DNA of 64,000 nucleotides, from NCBI GenBank assembly GCA_038893355.1, contig JAWARQ010000005.1, forward strand, positions 1 to 64,000. The letters run 5' to 3'. Below the pieces are notes generated by a model. The model saw nothing but the letters and a program-made list of their open reading frames with translations, was not told where the DNA came from and ran no database searches. Position 1 is the stretch's first letter. Each line of letters starts with the position of its first letter. Both the position numbers and the translations under genes were made by a program. This document shows positions 43,642-54,434 of this stretch, piece after piece. The DNA is from Sulfolobaceae archaeon. GTDB lineage: Archaea > Thermoproteota > Thermoprotei_A > Sulfolobales > Sulfolobaceae.

Positions 43642-46140
43642 TTATAATTCGCACGTCTTGCATCCGCCTGCAAAATCTTCTGCAACTTCAACATATTTTT
43701 TCTCTAATCTGAATGACGATGGTAAAATCTCAGTCTTCTTCTCCTTTTTTAACTCCTCTCTCTCTTTCTTAATTCCGAAGTATATTACTTGTTGACTCTT
43801 ACTTTTATCTCTATATACAGTAATTCCTTTAATCCCTAATTTCCAGGCTAGTAGATATACTCTTTCTACAGTATCTGGCAATTCCTGACTCTTTAAATTT
43901 ATAGTCTTAGAAGTACCAGAATCATTCCATTGTTGCCAACATGCTTGATGTAGTACATGATATTCTGGCGGAACCTCATGTGCAGTTCTAAATAATTTCC
44001 TTATACTCTTAGGCATGAATTTATCATTCCCAACTTCTCCCGTTTCAGCTATCTTTTGTATAACCTCTGGATCATCTAATTCATATTTTCTTAAATATTC
44101 TAGGAATAATGGGTCTATCTCAATAAACTTTCCTACTGCAACATTTCTTACAAACGCTAGAGCAAATAAAGGTTCTATCGATGAAGAAGTACCTGCAATT
44201 ATGGAAATAGTACCGGTAGGTGCGACAGATACAACGGTTGCATTTCTTAAACCATATTTAAATCTTTTTGCCTTTAGCTCAGAAAAGTCTAATTGTAAGG
44301 ATGGCTTCATTAGTTCTTTTACACTTTCACTAACCTCTCCATTTATACCAGCAATTTGTAATAATTCCTCAAAACTTTTAGCAGTCTCCCATATGTCTCT
44401 ATATAGAGTTGCATCATATGCAGGAAAAGAACCTTTTTCTATTGCAAGTTCTATAGAAGTCTCGTATGCAACATAATAGATAAATTTTGCAAGATTATAA
44501 GAGACATATAGAGCGTCAACACTATCATAAGGTATTCCTAACTTGATTAACATTCTAGCTAATCCCATTACGCCTAATCCAACCTTTCTAGTTCTCTTAG
44601 TAGCCTCTTCGATTTGCTTTAATGGATATCTATTTGCATCTATGACGTTATCTAAAAATCTCATTGCAATTCTAATAGTCCTTCTTAGATCATCCCAATC
44701 AATATATTTTCTTCCATCCTTTTCTTTTACAAATTTTTCTAAATTTATTGAGCCAAGATTACATGACTCCCACGGTAATAATGGCTCTTCGCCACATGGG
44801 TTCGTTGCATTAATTTTTCCTAAATACCATACTGGATGCCTTCTATTTATCTCGTCTATGAACAATAATCCAGGGTCTCCAGAATCCCATGCACCCTTTA
44901 CAATTTCCTCGAATAATTGCCTTGCATTAATGTACTTAACTATTGCTCCTTCTTTCTCTGCAATTACTAAAGCTTCGTCAACTGTTATTATCTTACTCTC
45001 ATCTAACCAAACCGATTCTTTCTCTTCTAGTTCTCTTAGAATCTCTTCTTGAACCCACTCTTCCGAAATATAGTTTCTTGCTTTAGAGATATAATAATCC
45101 CATTCTGTGCCTGCAATTTTTGTTTTTCTAGGATTTATAAGAGGCACTTGCTCCCCAGACTCCACAGCCTTCATGAAATAATCATAAACTCCTACTGATA
45201 TATTGAAGTTCTGTAAATGTGCATCTTTTAATTCACCAGTTTTAGATTTTATAAAATCAAAGATATCAGGATGCCAAACATGGAGTACACCCATGTTTGC
45301 CCCTCTTCTCTTTCCACCTTGCTTTACTACGTCAGTGGAGACATCGAATACCCTCATAAAAGAAATTGGACCAGAAGCTACGCCAGATGTAGATGCTACT
45401 ATATCTCCTTTAGGTCTTAACTCTGAAAAATCGAATCCAGTACCTCCACCTTGCTGATGAATTAAAGCCATTGCCCTTATTGCATCATATATTCCGTCTT
45501 GATTTGGAGTAGACATTGCATCCTTAACTGGGACGACAAAGCATGCAGAAAGTATTCCTAATCTTGTTCCAGCATTCATCAATGCAGGTGAGTTAGGTAA
45601 GAATTTTAAATTAGAAATTATATCATAAAATTCTTCTTCTATTCTTCTAATATCTTCTTCAGACTTTCCATAAATTTTTTCTACATTCGCTAAATGTCTT
45701 GCAACTCTTCTGAATAGCATTTGGGGAGTTTCTTTATATCTTAATGTCTCTGGATCCTTTATGAGATATCTTGCCTCTAGTACTTTTAAAGCATTATAAG
45801 ATAATAGTAAATCCTTTTCGTCAAAATTTTTCCACTTCCCTTTTCCAAATACATGATTATATATTCTTGCTAGTACGTACTTCTTAGCAAATTCTAATAG
45901 ATAAGGATACTGTAATGACTTCTCTACTAAGTTTCTTTCTACTATATCAGCTATAGTTTTAGACGAAATCATATTATCCTTTATATTAGCCCTTATATCG
46001 TCAACTATACTATCTAATACAGCCTCTGGAACTCCTTGTAATTTAGAGAACAATTTAGCTAGAGATAGGTCTTCTATCCTACCATCATATTTAATAACCT
46101 TAACTGTCGATAGTTGTGTTATTGCCCTTAATTCTTGCAT
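43642..46140 (-). CDS. nrdJ: Class II (adenosylcobalamin-dependent) ribonucleotide reductase
   Basis: N-terminal ATP-cone-like [39 protein letters not shown] and C-terminal CKTC. Confidence 0.95.
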   Translation of the reverse strand: MQELRAITQLSTVKVIKYDGRIEDLSLAKLFSKLQGVPEAVLDSIVDDIRANIKDNMISSKTIADIVERNLVEKSLQYPYLLEFAKKYVLARIYNHVFGKGKWKNFDEKDLLLSYNALKVLEARYLIKDPETLRYKETPQMLFRRVARHLANVEKIYGKSEEDIRRIEEEFYDIISNLKFLPNSPALMNAGTRLGILSACFVVPVKDAMSTPNQDGIYDAIRAMALIHQQGGGTGFDFSELRPKGDIVASTSGVASGPISFMRVFDVSTDVVKQGGKRRGANMGVLHVWHPDIFDFIKSKTGELKDAHLQNFNISVGVYDYFMKAVESGEQVPLINPRKTKIAGTEWDYYISKARNYISEEWVQEEILRELEEKESVWLDESKIITVDEALVIAEKEGAIVKYINARQLFEEIVKGAWDSGDPGLLFIDEINRRHPVWYLGKINATNPCGEEPLLPWESCNLGSINLEKFVKEKDGRKYIDWDDLRRTIRIAMRFLDNVIDANRYPLKQIEEATKRTRKVGLGVMGLARMLIKLGIPYDSVDALYVSYNLAKFIYYVAYETSIELAIEKGSFPAYDATLYRDIWETAKSFEELLQIAGINGEVSESVKELMKPSLQLDFSELKAKRFKYGLRNATVVSVAPTGTISIIAGTSSSIEPLFALAFVRNVAVGKFIEIDPLFLEYLRKYELDDPEVIQKIAETGEVGNDKFMPKSIRKLFRTAHEVPPEYHVLHQACWQQWNDSGTSKTINLKSQELPDTVERVYLLAWKLGIKGITVYRDKSKSQQVIYFGIKKEREELKKEKKTEILPSSFRLEKKYVEVAEDFAGGCKTCEL

Positions 46141-46288
46141 AGATATCGCATCTATATTTTTACTTACATCTTTTTCAATAATATAGTTAATCTAACTAGT
46201 ATTACCCCAACTCTCCAATTTTTAGTAATATTTTTGAAGGGTCATAAATAAGAAAGCCTTTTTACAATGAAATCTTAATATAAAATAA

Positions 46289-48199
46289 ATGAGTAATATA
46301 CTGGTAAATGAATTAAGATTGTTTTCTTTCTTATCAAAAAATAAAAAAGGGAGAATGCCTAAAGATATAATTAAAATTAAAAATATTGACGAATTTTCAA
46401 AATTAACAGGTGAAGAGACTCCACGATATGATTTTATAAGAGGTGAAGAAGGAGAAGTTATTGCAGATCTTATTGATCTAAGAGGTATTGAAGATCTAGG
46501 TGATAGGATTAGAGTATTACCTGGTACGAAATGGCGTGATGTAATAAATTTTTCTCCCGAAATATTTGGAAATCTTGATTTTAGCGTAGGTGGTGATGTT
46601 CACTTTAACGAACCAGTATTCGGATTTAATGAATTTGGTGAAATAAGAAATAGAGTAGAAGTCGAGGCAATAATTAATGGAAAGAGTTATACAGGAAAAT
46701 ATGTTGGAGGTATAATTAAATCAATAATTATAAGAAAAGAAATTAAAAATATAATTTATATGAAAAAAGACATTAGTATTAATGAATTTATAGATACTAT
46801 AGATTCTTGGTTTTCAAAAACGATACCAGTATTTAGGGATATTAGAGCATTTAAAAACGGAGAAAAAGTAACCCTCTTAGTAGCATATCCGGAATTTAGG
46901 AAAGGGTTATTAAAAAAATACATAGAGGATTTTAAAGATTCTAATGTAATTTATGAAGAATTTAACATTCCGCATCGCTATTTTTATTCTGGATACGTAG
47001 AATTAAATTCATTAAAAGATATAGTTAATTCTTTAAATAGAGCTGAGCATTGGAGTATGAGGATAGGGAGAAGGAAAATATATATTACAATATTTTCAAA
47101 TACTCCTTTATCAATTCCGTTCACTTACCTATCACCATACTGCAATATTGAGGATCAATCTTTTGGAATGGATTGTATAGGTTGTGGAAGGTGTGTGAAC
47201 ATATGCCCTCATTACGATCAGGTTAAACTTAGGGCATATTCCCCCCTTGGCTTTTATTTTTTATCAAGTATAGGAATGGGTAATGAAGTATCGCGATGCC
47301 ATATGTGTGGTTTATGTAATACGGTATGCCCAGTTAAATTAGATATTGTAGGCACATTAAAATCAGTTCTAAAGATAAATGGCGAAAAAGAGGTGAAGTA
47401 TAAACTAAATTTGAAACTTCCTAAGGTGATAGTGATCACTCCATTAAGTCAGAATTTTATATTAAGGGCAATAAAGGCAATGTTATATCTTAGAAGAAGG
47501 GGAATAAGGGTAGGTATAATAACATTAAACATTCCAGTCGAGGACATGATAAAGGGAAATTTAAGTGATGAAAATGTTATTAAGGAATTAAATGGAATAG
47601 ATGAAATAATAACAATAACACCAGAGGAATATAATTATCTATCTTTTTTAAAAACTAAAAAGATAATAGAAATTTCTTATATTGAAGATTATGTTATTAA
47701 GGAATTTAGGGATAAAATTAGAGGCTTACAAATCCATGAACCTTGTTTCTTAGGAAGCGAAAAGAATTTCCCTAAAGCAATAAAAGCGTGCTCCCACTCA
47801 TTCTTAGACTTTATTAATTCTGAAGATAATATACAACAAGTTAAGGCTGATATAACCTTATGCCCATTTACTGCATTAGTATCAAAAATACCAACATTTC
47901 TCGATAAAGCAGTTCAAATGGAAAATTTTGAAGAGTATGCAGAAAAAGCCTTAGAAAGTATTATTAGTTCGGTTAAGAATTATGAGAGTGTTATTCTCGA
48001 TATAGAATGGTATAAGGATTTAGATGATACAATATATTCTATGGTAATTAAGGACATTATGTGGTCTAAAGTAAAAAGTCTAGGTGATGAATTTATAATA
48101 CCATTATACTTTTATTTATCAATCAATCCACAACTAGAAATGCCAGAGATAACTATTGTTAAGAATATAATTGAGGAATATTTATCCAGTAAATACTAA
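46289..48199 (+). CDS. Degenerate FAD-binding / 2x[4Fe-4S] / CCG-like protein (paralogue 1)
   Basis: RVLPGTKWRDV..SVGG PCMH remnant; CIGCGRCVNICP and CHMCGLCNTVCP; HEPC and TLCPF. Confidence 0.8.
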   Translation: MSNILVNELRLFSFLSKNKKGRMPKDIIKIKNIDEFSKLTGEETPRYDFIRGEEGEVIADLIDLRGIEDLGDRIRVLPGTKWRDVINFSPEIFGNLDFSVGGDVHFNEPVFGFNEFGEIRNRVEVEAIINGKSYTGKYVGGIIKSIIIRKEIKNIIYMKKDISINEFIDTIDSWFSKTIPVFRDIRAFKNGEKVTLLVAYPEFRKGLLKKYIEDFKDSNVIYEEFNIPHRYFYSGYVELNSLKDIVNSLNRAEHWSMRIGRRKIYITIFSNTPLSIPFTYLSPYCNIEDQSFGMDCIGCGRCVNICPHYDQVKLRAYSPLGFYFLSSIGMGNEVSRCHMCGLCNTVCPVKLDIVGTLKSVLKINGEKEVKYKLNLKLPKVIVITPLSQNFILRAIKAMLYLRRRGIRVGIITLNIPVEDMIKGNLSDENVIKELNGIDEIITITPEEYNYLSFLKTKKIIEISYIEDYVIKEFRDKIRGLQIHEPCFLGSEKNFPKAIKACSHSFLDFINSEDNIQQVKADITLCPFTALVSKIPTFLDKAVQMENFEEYAEKALESIISSVKNYESVILDIEWYKDLDDTIYSMVIKDIMWSKVKSLGDEFIIPLYFYLSINPQLEMPEITIVKNIIEEYLSSKY

Positions 48200-48348
48200 C
48201 TATTTCAATCTTACAATAGAACATAAATAATATAAATAAGCTATTTAATTATTATTATTATTTATAATAAGATCTTGAAATAAATTATTATAGTATAGCT
48301 TCTCATTGATATAAAAAGATTTTAAGAAGTGTAAAGAATATTACCATA

Positions 48349-50178
48349 ATGGCTAAATCTAATAGTAAATCTACATTTTCTACGGATTCCTTTTATCTAC
48401 TCCTTTATAGATTTCCATTAACAAACTCTATAGCAAATTCATTAAGGCCTAAATTGTTAAAAGCTGGAATAAGTGAAGACCCAAATTATTTTGCTGCAAA
48501 GATAGTCTTTTACTTCTTATTAAGCCTGATAGCATCAATACTATTTATATTTATTGGAATTCTTGCTTTTATTAGATATACAGAAACTTTAGAAGCTAGA
48601 TTTTTAGGGGCTGGATTCATATTAATCATTTTTGCAGTTGTAATACCTTCAATAACATACTTTGTACTGACTACTGTAAGCATATCTAATAGGATAGATC
48701 AGAGAAGAACTGGTTTAGATGCAGAAACCCCTGCATTTGCTGCAATGTTTATAGTTTTCCTTAAATCTGGTTTATCGCCTCGAAGCTTATTTGAAGGTTT
48801 AAGTAGAATTGTGGCGCTAAGATATGTTAGCCAAATAGCTAAATATATTGTAAAGAGAATGAAGTATCTAAGTGAAGGTTTAGAGGAAAGTCTAGAGGCT
48901 GCATTAAATATAAGTCCTTCAAGAGTTTTTAATGACTATATATCAACCTACCTTACAGCATTGAGGACGGGCGCGCCTGTATTTGAGACTATGAGTAGTA
49001 AAACTAAGGATGTAATAAAATTATTAGAACTTATGGCTTCCTCAGCTGCCGATAAATTATCTGGAGTTGCAGAAACTTATGTCGTATGGCTAGCATCTGG
49101 CTATATTACATTGTTCTTAGCAATTTTACTCTTTTCAATTTTTCCTAATTTCTCTGGAGGTCTTTCGTTACCCTTAATGGGTGTACTGCTCGTAATTTTT
49201 GTACCAATCATGAACTTAATTTTTGTCTTACTTGCTGACTCGGTCCAACTAAAGTTTCCAGAAAGACCTCTTACAGCGTATAAAGTTTTCTGGATCTCCT
49301 TTAGTATAGGGTTAATAGTAATGTTTGGATTATTAATAATCAATAATCAATTAATTAAATTTATTACACTTTCGGGCACAACTAGTGATGTACCAATAAC
49401 TTTACTTATACTCACTATCTCACTATTAATCGCATCAGTACCTCCTGCTATAGTAGCTATAAGAGAAGTAAGAAAAGGTACTGGATATGATCAATATGTA
49501 GTTAGATTTTTGAGGGCAATTTCAGAAGGTCTAAGGGCAGGATTAAGCCCAGAAGCTGTGATAAAGAATCTTAAGAACAGTAAAGAGTTAGGAAAGATGA
49601 GGAAAATATTAGTTGAGATCGATGCATATTTAAGCTTAGGGTTAACTTTAAAAGATGCCCTCAAAAAAGCTTCGGAAAAAATTGATGAATTCTCGTCTAA
49701 GGTTGCTTTAGTAAGCTTAGCAGATATGATAGAGGTAGGAAGTATGACACCAGAAACTATCGAAGTCTTAGCAGAGCAGATAGAATCCCAAATTAGGATA
49801 AGAAGAGAGTATAATGCTAAAGTAAGGATATTGTTATATATGCCTTATATAGGCATACTATTGGCAATAATTGCAACAATCTTACTTTCTAACTCAATAT
49901 TACAGCTACTTACTGGAGAATATTCCAGAATATATGCAAGCTATGGACCATTAGCTACAGCAGCAACATTAATTCCAACTGCAGTATACATAATAACAAT
50001 ATCATCAATGTGGAATTCGTTTTTAGCTGGACTTCTAGTAGGAAAAATAGGGAATGGAAAGGTGGGTTTAGGGTTTATTCACTCTGCAATTCTAGTAATT
50101 ATAACGGCTTTACTCATAATGATTTCGCTTCAAATTAGCCTTATACCCAGTATTTCACCATCAACGTATGGTTTATAA
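48349..50178 (+). CDS. aapF: Type IV pilus membrane platform protein (T2SS-F/TadC, AapF-like)
   Basis: Two GspF-like cytoplasmic domains (LKSGLSP, FLRAISEGLRAGLSP) and about 9 TM helices; adjacent to the ATPase. Confidence 0.82.
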   Translation: MAKSNSKSTFSTDSFYLLLYRFPLTNSIANSLRPKLLKAGISEDPNYFAAKIVFYFLLSLIASILFIFIGILAFIRYTETLEARFLGAGFILIIFAVVIPSITYFVLTTVSISNRIDQRRTGLDAETPAFAAMFIVFLKSGLSPRSLFEGLSRIVALRYVSQIAKYIVKRMKYLSEGLEESLEAALNISPSRVFNDYISTYLTALRTGAPVFETMSSKTKDVIKLLELMASSAADKLSGVAETYVVWLASGYITLFLAILLFSIFPNFSGGLSLPLMGVLLVIFVPIMNLIFVLLADSVQLKFPERPLTAYKVFWISFSIGLIVMFGLLIINNQLIKFITLSGTTSDVPITLLILTISLLIASVPPAIVAIREVRKGTGYDQYVVRFLRAISEGLRAGLSPEAVIKNLKNSKELGKMRKILVEIDAYLSLGLTLKDALKKASEKIDEFSSKVALVSLADMIEVGSMTPETIEVLAEQIESQIRIRREYNAKVRILLYMPYIGILLAIIATILLSNSILQLLTGEYSRIYASYGPLATAATLIPTAVYIITISSMWNSFLAGLLVGKIGNGKVGLGFIHSAILVIITALLIMISLQISLIPSISPSTYGL

Positions 50179-50202
50179 ACTATAAAAACATTCTTTTTAA
50201 CT

Positions 50203-51918
50203 ATGAAATTACAAATTCCATTAGTTAAGCCTAAGAAGACTAGCGAAAAGAGGCAGATTAGATCTTTCGAATCCCTACCACTTACACTCACTCCAATTTT
50301 CTCGGGCTATGTAGAAATAGGAGATATAGTAAGTGAGTACGAAATAAATTTATTTAAAGTATTACCTGCTGAAATAATAGATAATTTAAATGAGAAAAGA
50401 ATAGAATTAAATATAGCTAATCCGCATGTATTTATTTCCTTTGAGCAAAACAAGGCAATATACAAATATAATTTGATTGAACCACCTCTAGATCAAGAAT
50501 CACTAGAATTATATCTATTATTAGTTAGCGAGATAGAAAGAGAACTACTATCAGAAAAAGAACATCTAGATCTAGGTTCGATATTAGTACAGCTTCATGA
50601 AAGGGGAAAATATAAAATCTTTGAAGGTAAAAGAGGCGATTTATATATCTTATCTACAAAAGCAAAAGTAACTTTATATTACTTATTACGTAATATCACC
50701 GGCTATAATATACTAGCACCATTATTAGCAGATCCGAAAATTGAAGATATATCTTGCAATGGAATGAATTTACCGGTTTATGTGTATCATAGAGACTATG
50801 AATACATGCCAACTAATATTATATTTACTGAAAAAATTCCAGTAGTGAATTATATCGTAGATGGAAAACAGTTGTTAGACCAACTAGTTATGAAACTGTT
50901 ATCCCTATCTGGCAAATCAATATCTATAGCTAATCCTATATCGGAAGGCATGTTACCTAAAGGAGAAAGAATTGCAGCTACTTTTAAGACAGAAGTTTCT
51001 GCAACTGGTTCTAGTTTTGTGATAAGAAGATTTAGTGAAGCACCAATAACTATTTTAGATTTAATCAACAGTAATACGTTATCACCAGAAATTGCAGCAT
51101 ACTTATGGTATGCAATGGATCTTAAATTATCCTTTATGGTTATAGGGGTAACTGGTTCCGGCAAAACTACGACACTAAATTCAACCATAAATCTAGTGAA
51201 AGAGTCGTCAAAAATTGTATCAATAGAAGATATTCCAGAAATTAAGATTGCACACGAGAATTGGGTACAGTTGTATGCAAGACCTGCATACGCTGGAATA
51301 GGTAAAGAAATAACACTAATGGATTTATTAAAGCTAGCATTAAGATATAGGCCAGATCTAATTGTGGTAGGTGAAATAAGAGGTGCAGAGGCTTATGTTC
51401 TTTTCCAGGCATTTTCAACTGGTCATGGTGGTGCAACGACCTTCCATGCTTACGATACTGAATCTGCCATTAAGAGACTTATGAATGAACCAATAAACAT
51501 ACCAAAAGAATGGATTCCAATGATGAATATCGTATTAACGGTAAGGAGGGTTCCAATATATACTGGAGAAAAGATTGTGGTAAGAAGAAGGGTAGTAGCA
51601 GTAGATGAAATATTAAGCGTTAATGATATTAGGAGGGTAAGTTACTGGGATCCAAAAAGAGATGTTCATGTCTTTGAACCTATTAATGCAAAAGTGATGG
51701 CAGCAAGATTAGAGGAAGTAGGAAAGACAATAGATGATGCTGTTGCAGAATTGGAAAGAAGGGCAACCTATTTATCAGCCCTGGCATCTATTAGGGAAAT
51801 TGTAAAGAGTCCAGAGAGTTATAAGGAAGTAAAGAAATATATAATAAAGTATAGTTTAAAGCCAGAGGAAGCGTATAAGGAAGTTACTGCAATGGCAAAA
51901 ATCTCCCCTAGAGCTTAA
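50203..51918 (+). CDS. aapE: Type IV pilus assembly ATPase (VirB11/TadA family, AapE-like)
   Basis: DPKIEDISCNG, GVTGSGKTT, SIEDIPEI, RPDLIVVGEIRG and TGHGGATTFHA motifs. Confidence 0.85.
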   Translation: MKLQIPLVKPKKTSEKRQIRSFESLPLTLTPIFSGYVEIGDIVSEYEINLFKVLPAEIIDNLNEKRIELNIANPHVFISFEQNKAIYKYNLIEPPLDQESLELYLLLVSEIERELLSEKEHLDLGSILVQLHERGKYKIFEGKRGDLYILSTKAKVTLYYLLRNITGYNILAPLLADPKIEDISCNGMNLPVYVYHRDYEYMPTNIIFTEKIPVVNYIVDGKQLLDQLVMKLLSLSGKSISIANPISEGMLPKGERIAATFKTEVSATGSSFVIRRFSEAPITILDLINSNTLSPEIAAYLWYAMDLKLSFMVIGVTGSGKTTTLNSTINLVKESSKIVSIEDIPEIKIAHENWVQLYARPAYAGIGKEITLMDLLKLALRYRPDLIVVGEIRGAEAYVLFQAFSTGHGGATTFHAYDTESAIKRLMNEPINIPKEWIPMMNIVLTVRRVPIYTGEKIVVRRRVVAVDEILSVNDIRRVSYWDPKRDVHVFEPINAKVMAARLEEVGKTIDDAVAELERRATYLSALASIREIVKSPESYKEVKKYIIKYSLKPEEAYKEVTAMAKISPRA

Positions 51919-51927
51919 GGCCTAGAT

Positions 51928-54201
51928 TTAGAACTGAGTTGCTAATCTTATATTATCTAAAATTAGATTATACGAAATTGCCTTTCTTATTATCTCTTCT
52001 TTTATAACGTTAAGGAATTCCTCTTTCTCAACTATCTCTCTTACAGTGTAATCAAGTTTTTTTGAATTTCTTATACCCCTAGTTAATTCAAAAGCAATTT
52101 CATTATAATCCATACCCTTAAGTATTTCATAGATCTTCGAAGAAATTTCTTTTATAGTCGCTTCAGATGCTAAATAGCGAGCTATCTCTTCTCTATTCAA
52201 ACTATCAAGTATTAGAGCTCTAACCCTTTTAGAGAAATTCCTTCTTAAAATAGGTATTGCGAGTAATGCAAAATAACCTTTGCCACCTACACTCCACATT
52301 ATTACCTTCTCTGCAATGTCATCAATTGAAGACAGTATTGCCTCTTTATACGCTTGTACTACTATATTTATAATTTTCTCTTCAACTTCTCTACTAGTTT
52401 TAGTTGTCTTAGTTGAAATCTCAGTAGGTGCTAGATAGGAATAAACTGATGTTGCACCAAATTTCCATGTAGAAAACGGACATATAGTTAATATATCTTC
52501 TTTTTTCTCTACGCTTACTATCTTCCCTAAATAATTAGTTATAAATAATCCAGCACAATCGTTATTATCGCCACTAATTCCTAACCTTTGAGCCCAGCAT
52601 CCAGCATGAATTTTTCCTTTTATAAAATCTTTTACGATTTCATAAACTAGAATTCCCTTATCACCGCTAAGGAGATTATATATATATAAAGCCTCGGGGC
52701 AGAAGAAGTAAACATATACTGCCCCCGACTCCTCCTTGATTCTTCTTATCTCCTTAACCTTCTCTTCAGCTTCCCTTATCTTCCCACTAATGTAACTATC
52801 AAATCCGCAACAGATTCCGTCGACTATTTTAAATCTCAGGGAATAGTTCTTTATCTTATCGCCAGACTCTACTATGAATTTAAGGAAGCTTTCTACTCCT
52901 TTCCTATCATACTTATAGCTACAACCTATGAAAAGTAATACTAGTGGTTGATTTTTATAAATTGAATTAACTACTTTTTCTACTTCACCCTTTAAAACTT
53001 CAGATACCTTTTCTATTTCGATCTTTAAATCAGATGAGGGAGAAATTCTCGGAAGTTTTTCCATATCTCTTGAGATCTTTATCCCCACTGGACAAACATA
53101 CTCGCATTTGTTGCAGCCAAAGCAGTATTCAAAGACCTTTTCGCCTTTTAATATTCTATTAAATCTTCCCGGTGGAGAATTTAATATATTTTTTGTAGCA
53201 TTATAAGCTAGACATGAATTTAAACATAATCCACAATTTATACATTTTAATGCGTCTAAATAAATATCTTGAATTTCTGAATAATCCTTTGGTACTTTTA
53301 CTTCATATTTATCAAAATTATTAATTATAAATTTCTGAATTTCTGAATAATCCTTTAATGATGGATAAGGGTAGATATAAGGGTGTGCCTTCAGGAACTT
53401 AAAAATGTTACCTAATTCTTCATAATCTATTGAAGAGAAGAGCACGTAATAATTTTCTGGAGAATTATATCTTATTAGGTAACCTATTTCAAAGTCTAGA
53501 TTAAGTTCATTAACTACCTCGAACTTATCTTGAGGTACTCTAAGACTTATGGGTATTTTACCGCTCTTTAAGATTTTATATATTTTATTACTAATTAATG
53601 AAACTATGTTCTTTGTATCTTGAATAGAATCTGGCTGAACTCCTAAAATTTCTTTATAAATTGAAGGAACGAAATAAACTACTCTGTTTTCTAAAAATAG
53701 AGCACTCCAAGAATATGGGATATTGACTGAAGTTTCTATTAGTTCAGGATAGTTTACAAAGCTCATTACAGCAATGTCCTTATTTTCAAGAAAATGTACT
53801 TGCTTCTTATAATTTACAAACCCAAACTTATAACTTCCAAAACCAGAACCATTGGTGGCTATAAACCCACCTACTGTACCCTCAAGATATAAAGGAAATA
53901 TTGCAGGATATAATGAGTTTCGCGACGAAACTTCTAAAACTTCCTTAAATGTAGCTCCTGCAGCAACTCTAGCCCTAATAATTCCACCCTTCTTATCCTC
54001 AATTATTTCCATTATAGATCCGTTATCGAGTAAACTCTTAGCAACTATTGGCTTAATTCTAGAGAATTGAATAATTTCTCCTGTCATTGAAGTTAATTTC
54101 CCAACAACGACTTCAGTTTCTCTAGTTATTAGATATCTTCTAATTTTTGAAATACCCAAAGATGCAAAAGCTCTACTAAATATCGAAGCATCTAATAGCA
54201 T
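51928..54201 (-). CDS. FAD-binding / 2x[4Fe-4S] / CCG-like protein (paralogue 2, AapX-like)
   Basis: ARVAAGATF, TVGGFIATNGSGFGSYKFG; CINCGLCLNSC and CFGCNKCEYVCP; IGC, ICCG, HAGC and TICPF. Confidence 0.82.
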   Translation of the reverse strand: MLLDASIFSRAFASLGISKIRRYLITRETEVVVGKLTSMTGEIIQFSRIKPIVAKSLLDNGSIMEIIEDKKGGIIRARVAAGATFKEVLEVSSRNSLYPAIFPLYLEGTVGGFIATNGSGFGSYKFGFVNYKKQVHFLENKDIAVMSFVNYPELIETSVNIPYSWSALFLENRVVYFVPSIYKEILGVQPDSIQDTKNIVSLISNKIYKILKSGKIPISLRVPQDKFEVVNELNLDFEIGYLIRYNSPENYYVLFSSIDYEELGNIFKFLKAHPYIYPYPSLKDYSEIQKFIINNFDKYEVKVPKDYSEIQDIYLDALKCINCGLCLNSCLAYNATKNILNSPPGRFNRILKGEKVFEYCFGCNKCEYVCPVGIKISRDMEKLPRISPSSDLKIEIEKVSEVLKGEVEKVVNSIYKNQPLVLLFIGCSYKYDRKGVESFLKFIVESGDKIKNYSLRFKIVDGICCGFDSYISGKIREAEEKVKEIRRIKEESGAVYVYFFCPEALYIYNLLSGDKGILVYEIVKDFIKGKIHAGCWAQRLGISGDNNDCAGLFITNYLGKIVSVEKKEDILTICPFSTWKFGATSVYSYLAPTEISTKTTKTSREVEEKIINIVVQAYKEAILSSIDDIAEKVIMWSVGGKGYFALLAIPILRRNFSKRVRALILDSLNREEIARYLASEATIKEISSKIYEILKGMDYNEIAFELTRGIRNSKKLDYTVREIVEKEEFLNVIKEEIIRKAISYNLILDNIRLATQF

Positions 54202-54434
54202 TACAATTAATTTTTAAGTAATCTAGAATAAAAGATTGCATTCAATGTTTAATACGTTTTATAGACAAATTTTATAACAATTTTTCGTTATATATTTTAA
54301 AATTATCTATAAAATAATAATGATTGGAGTATAGATAATATAAAGATAAGATATTGTGTTTATTACACTAAATGATCATTTAAGCGAAATAGATATTAAT
54401 GTGAATTATATATTGTTCTCATAAGGGATACTAG

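Noticed and set aside
43642-46140. Intein or intron in nrdJ (there is an insertion around NPRKTKIAG...EGAIV)
   Set aside because: No intein N-terminal Cys/Ser block, no His-Asn end and no LAGLIDADG motif; the length is ordinary for NrdJ.
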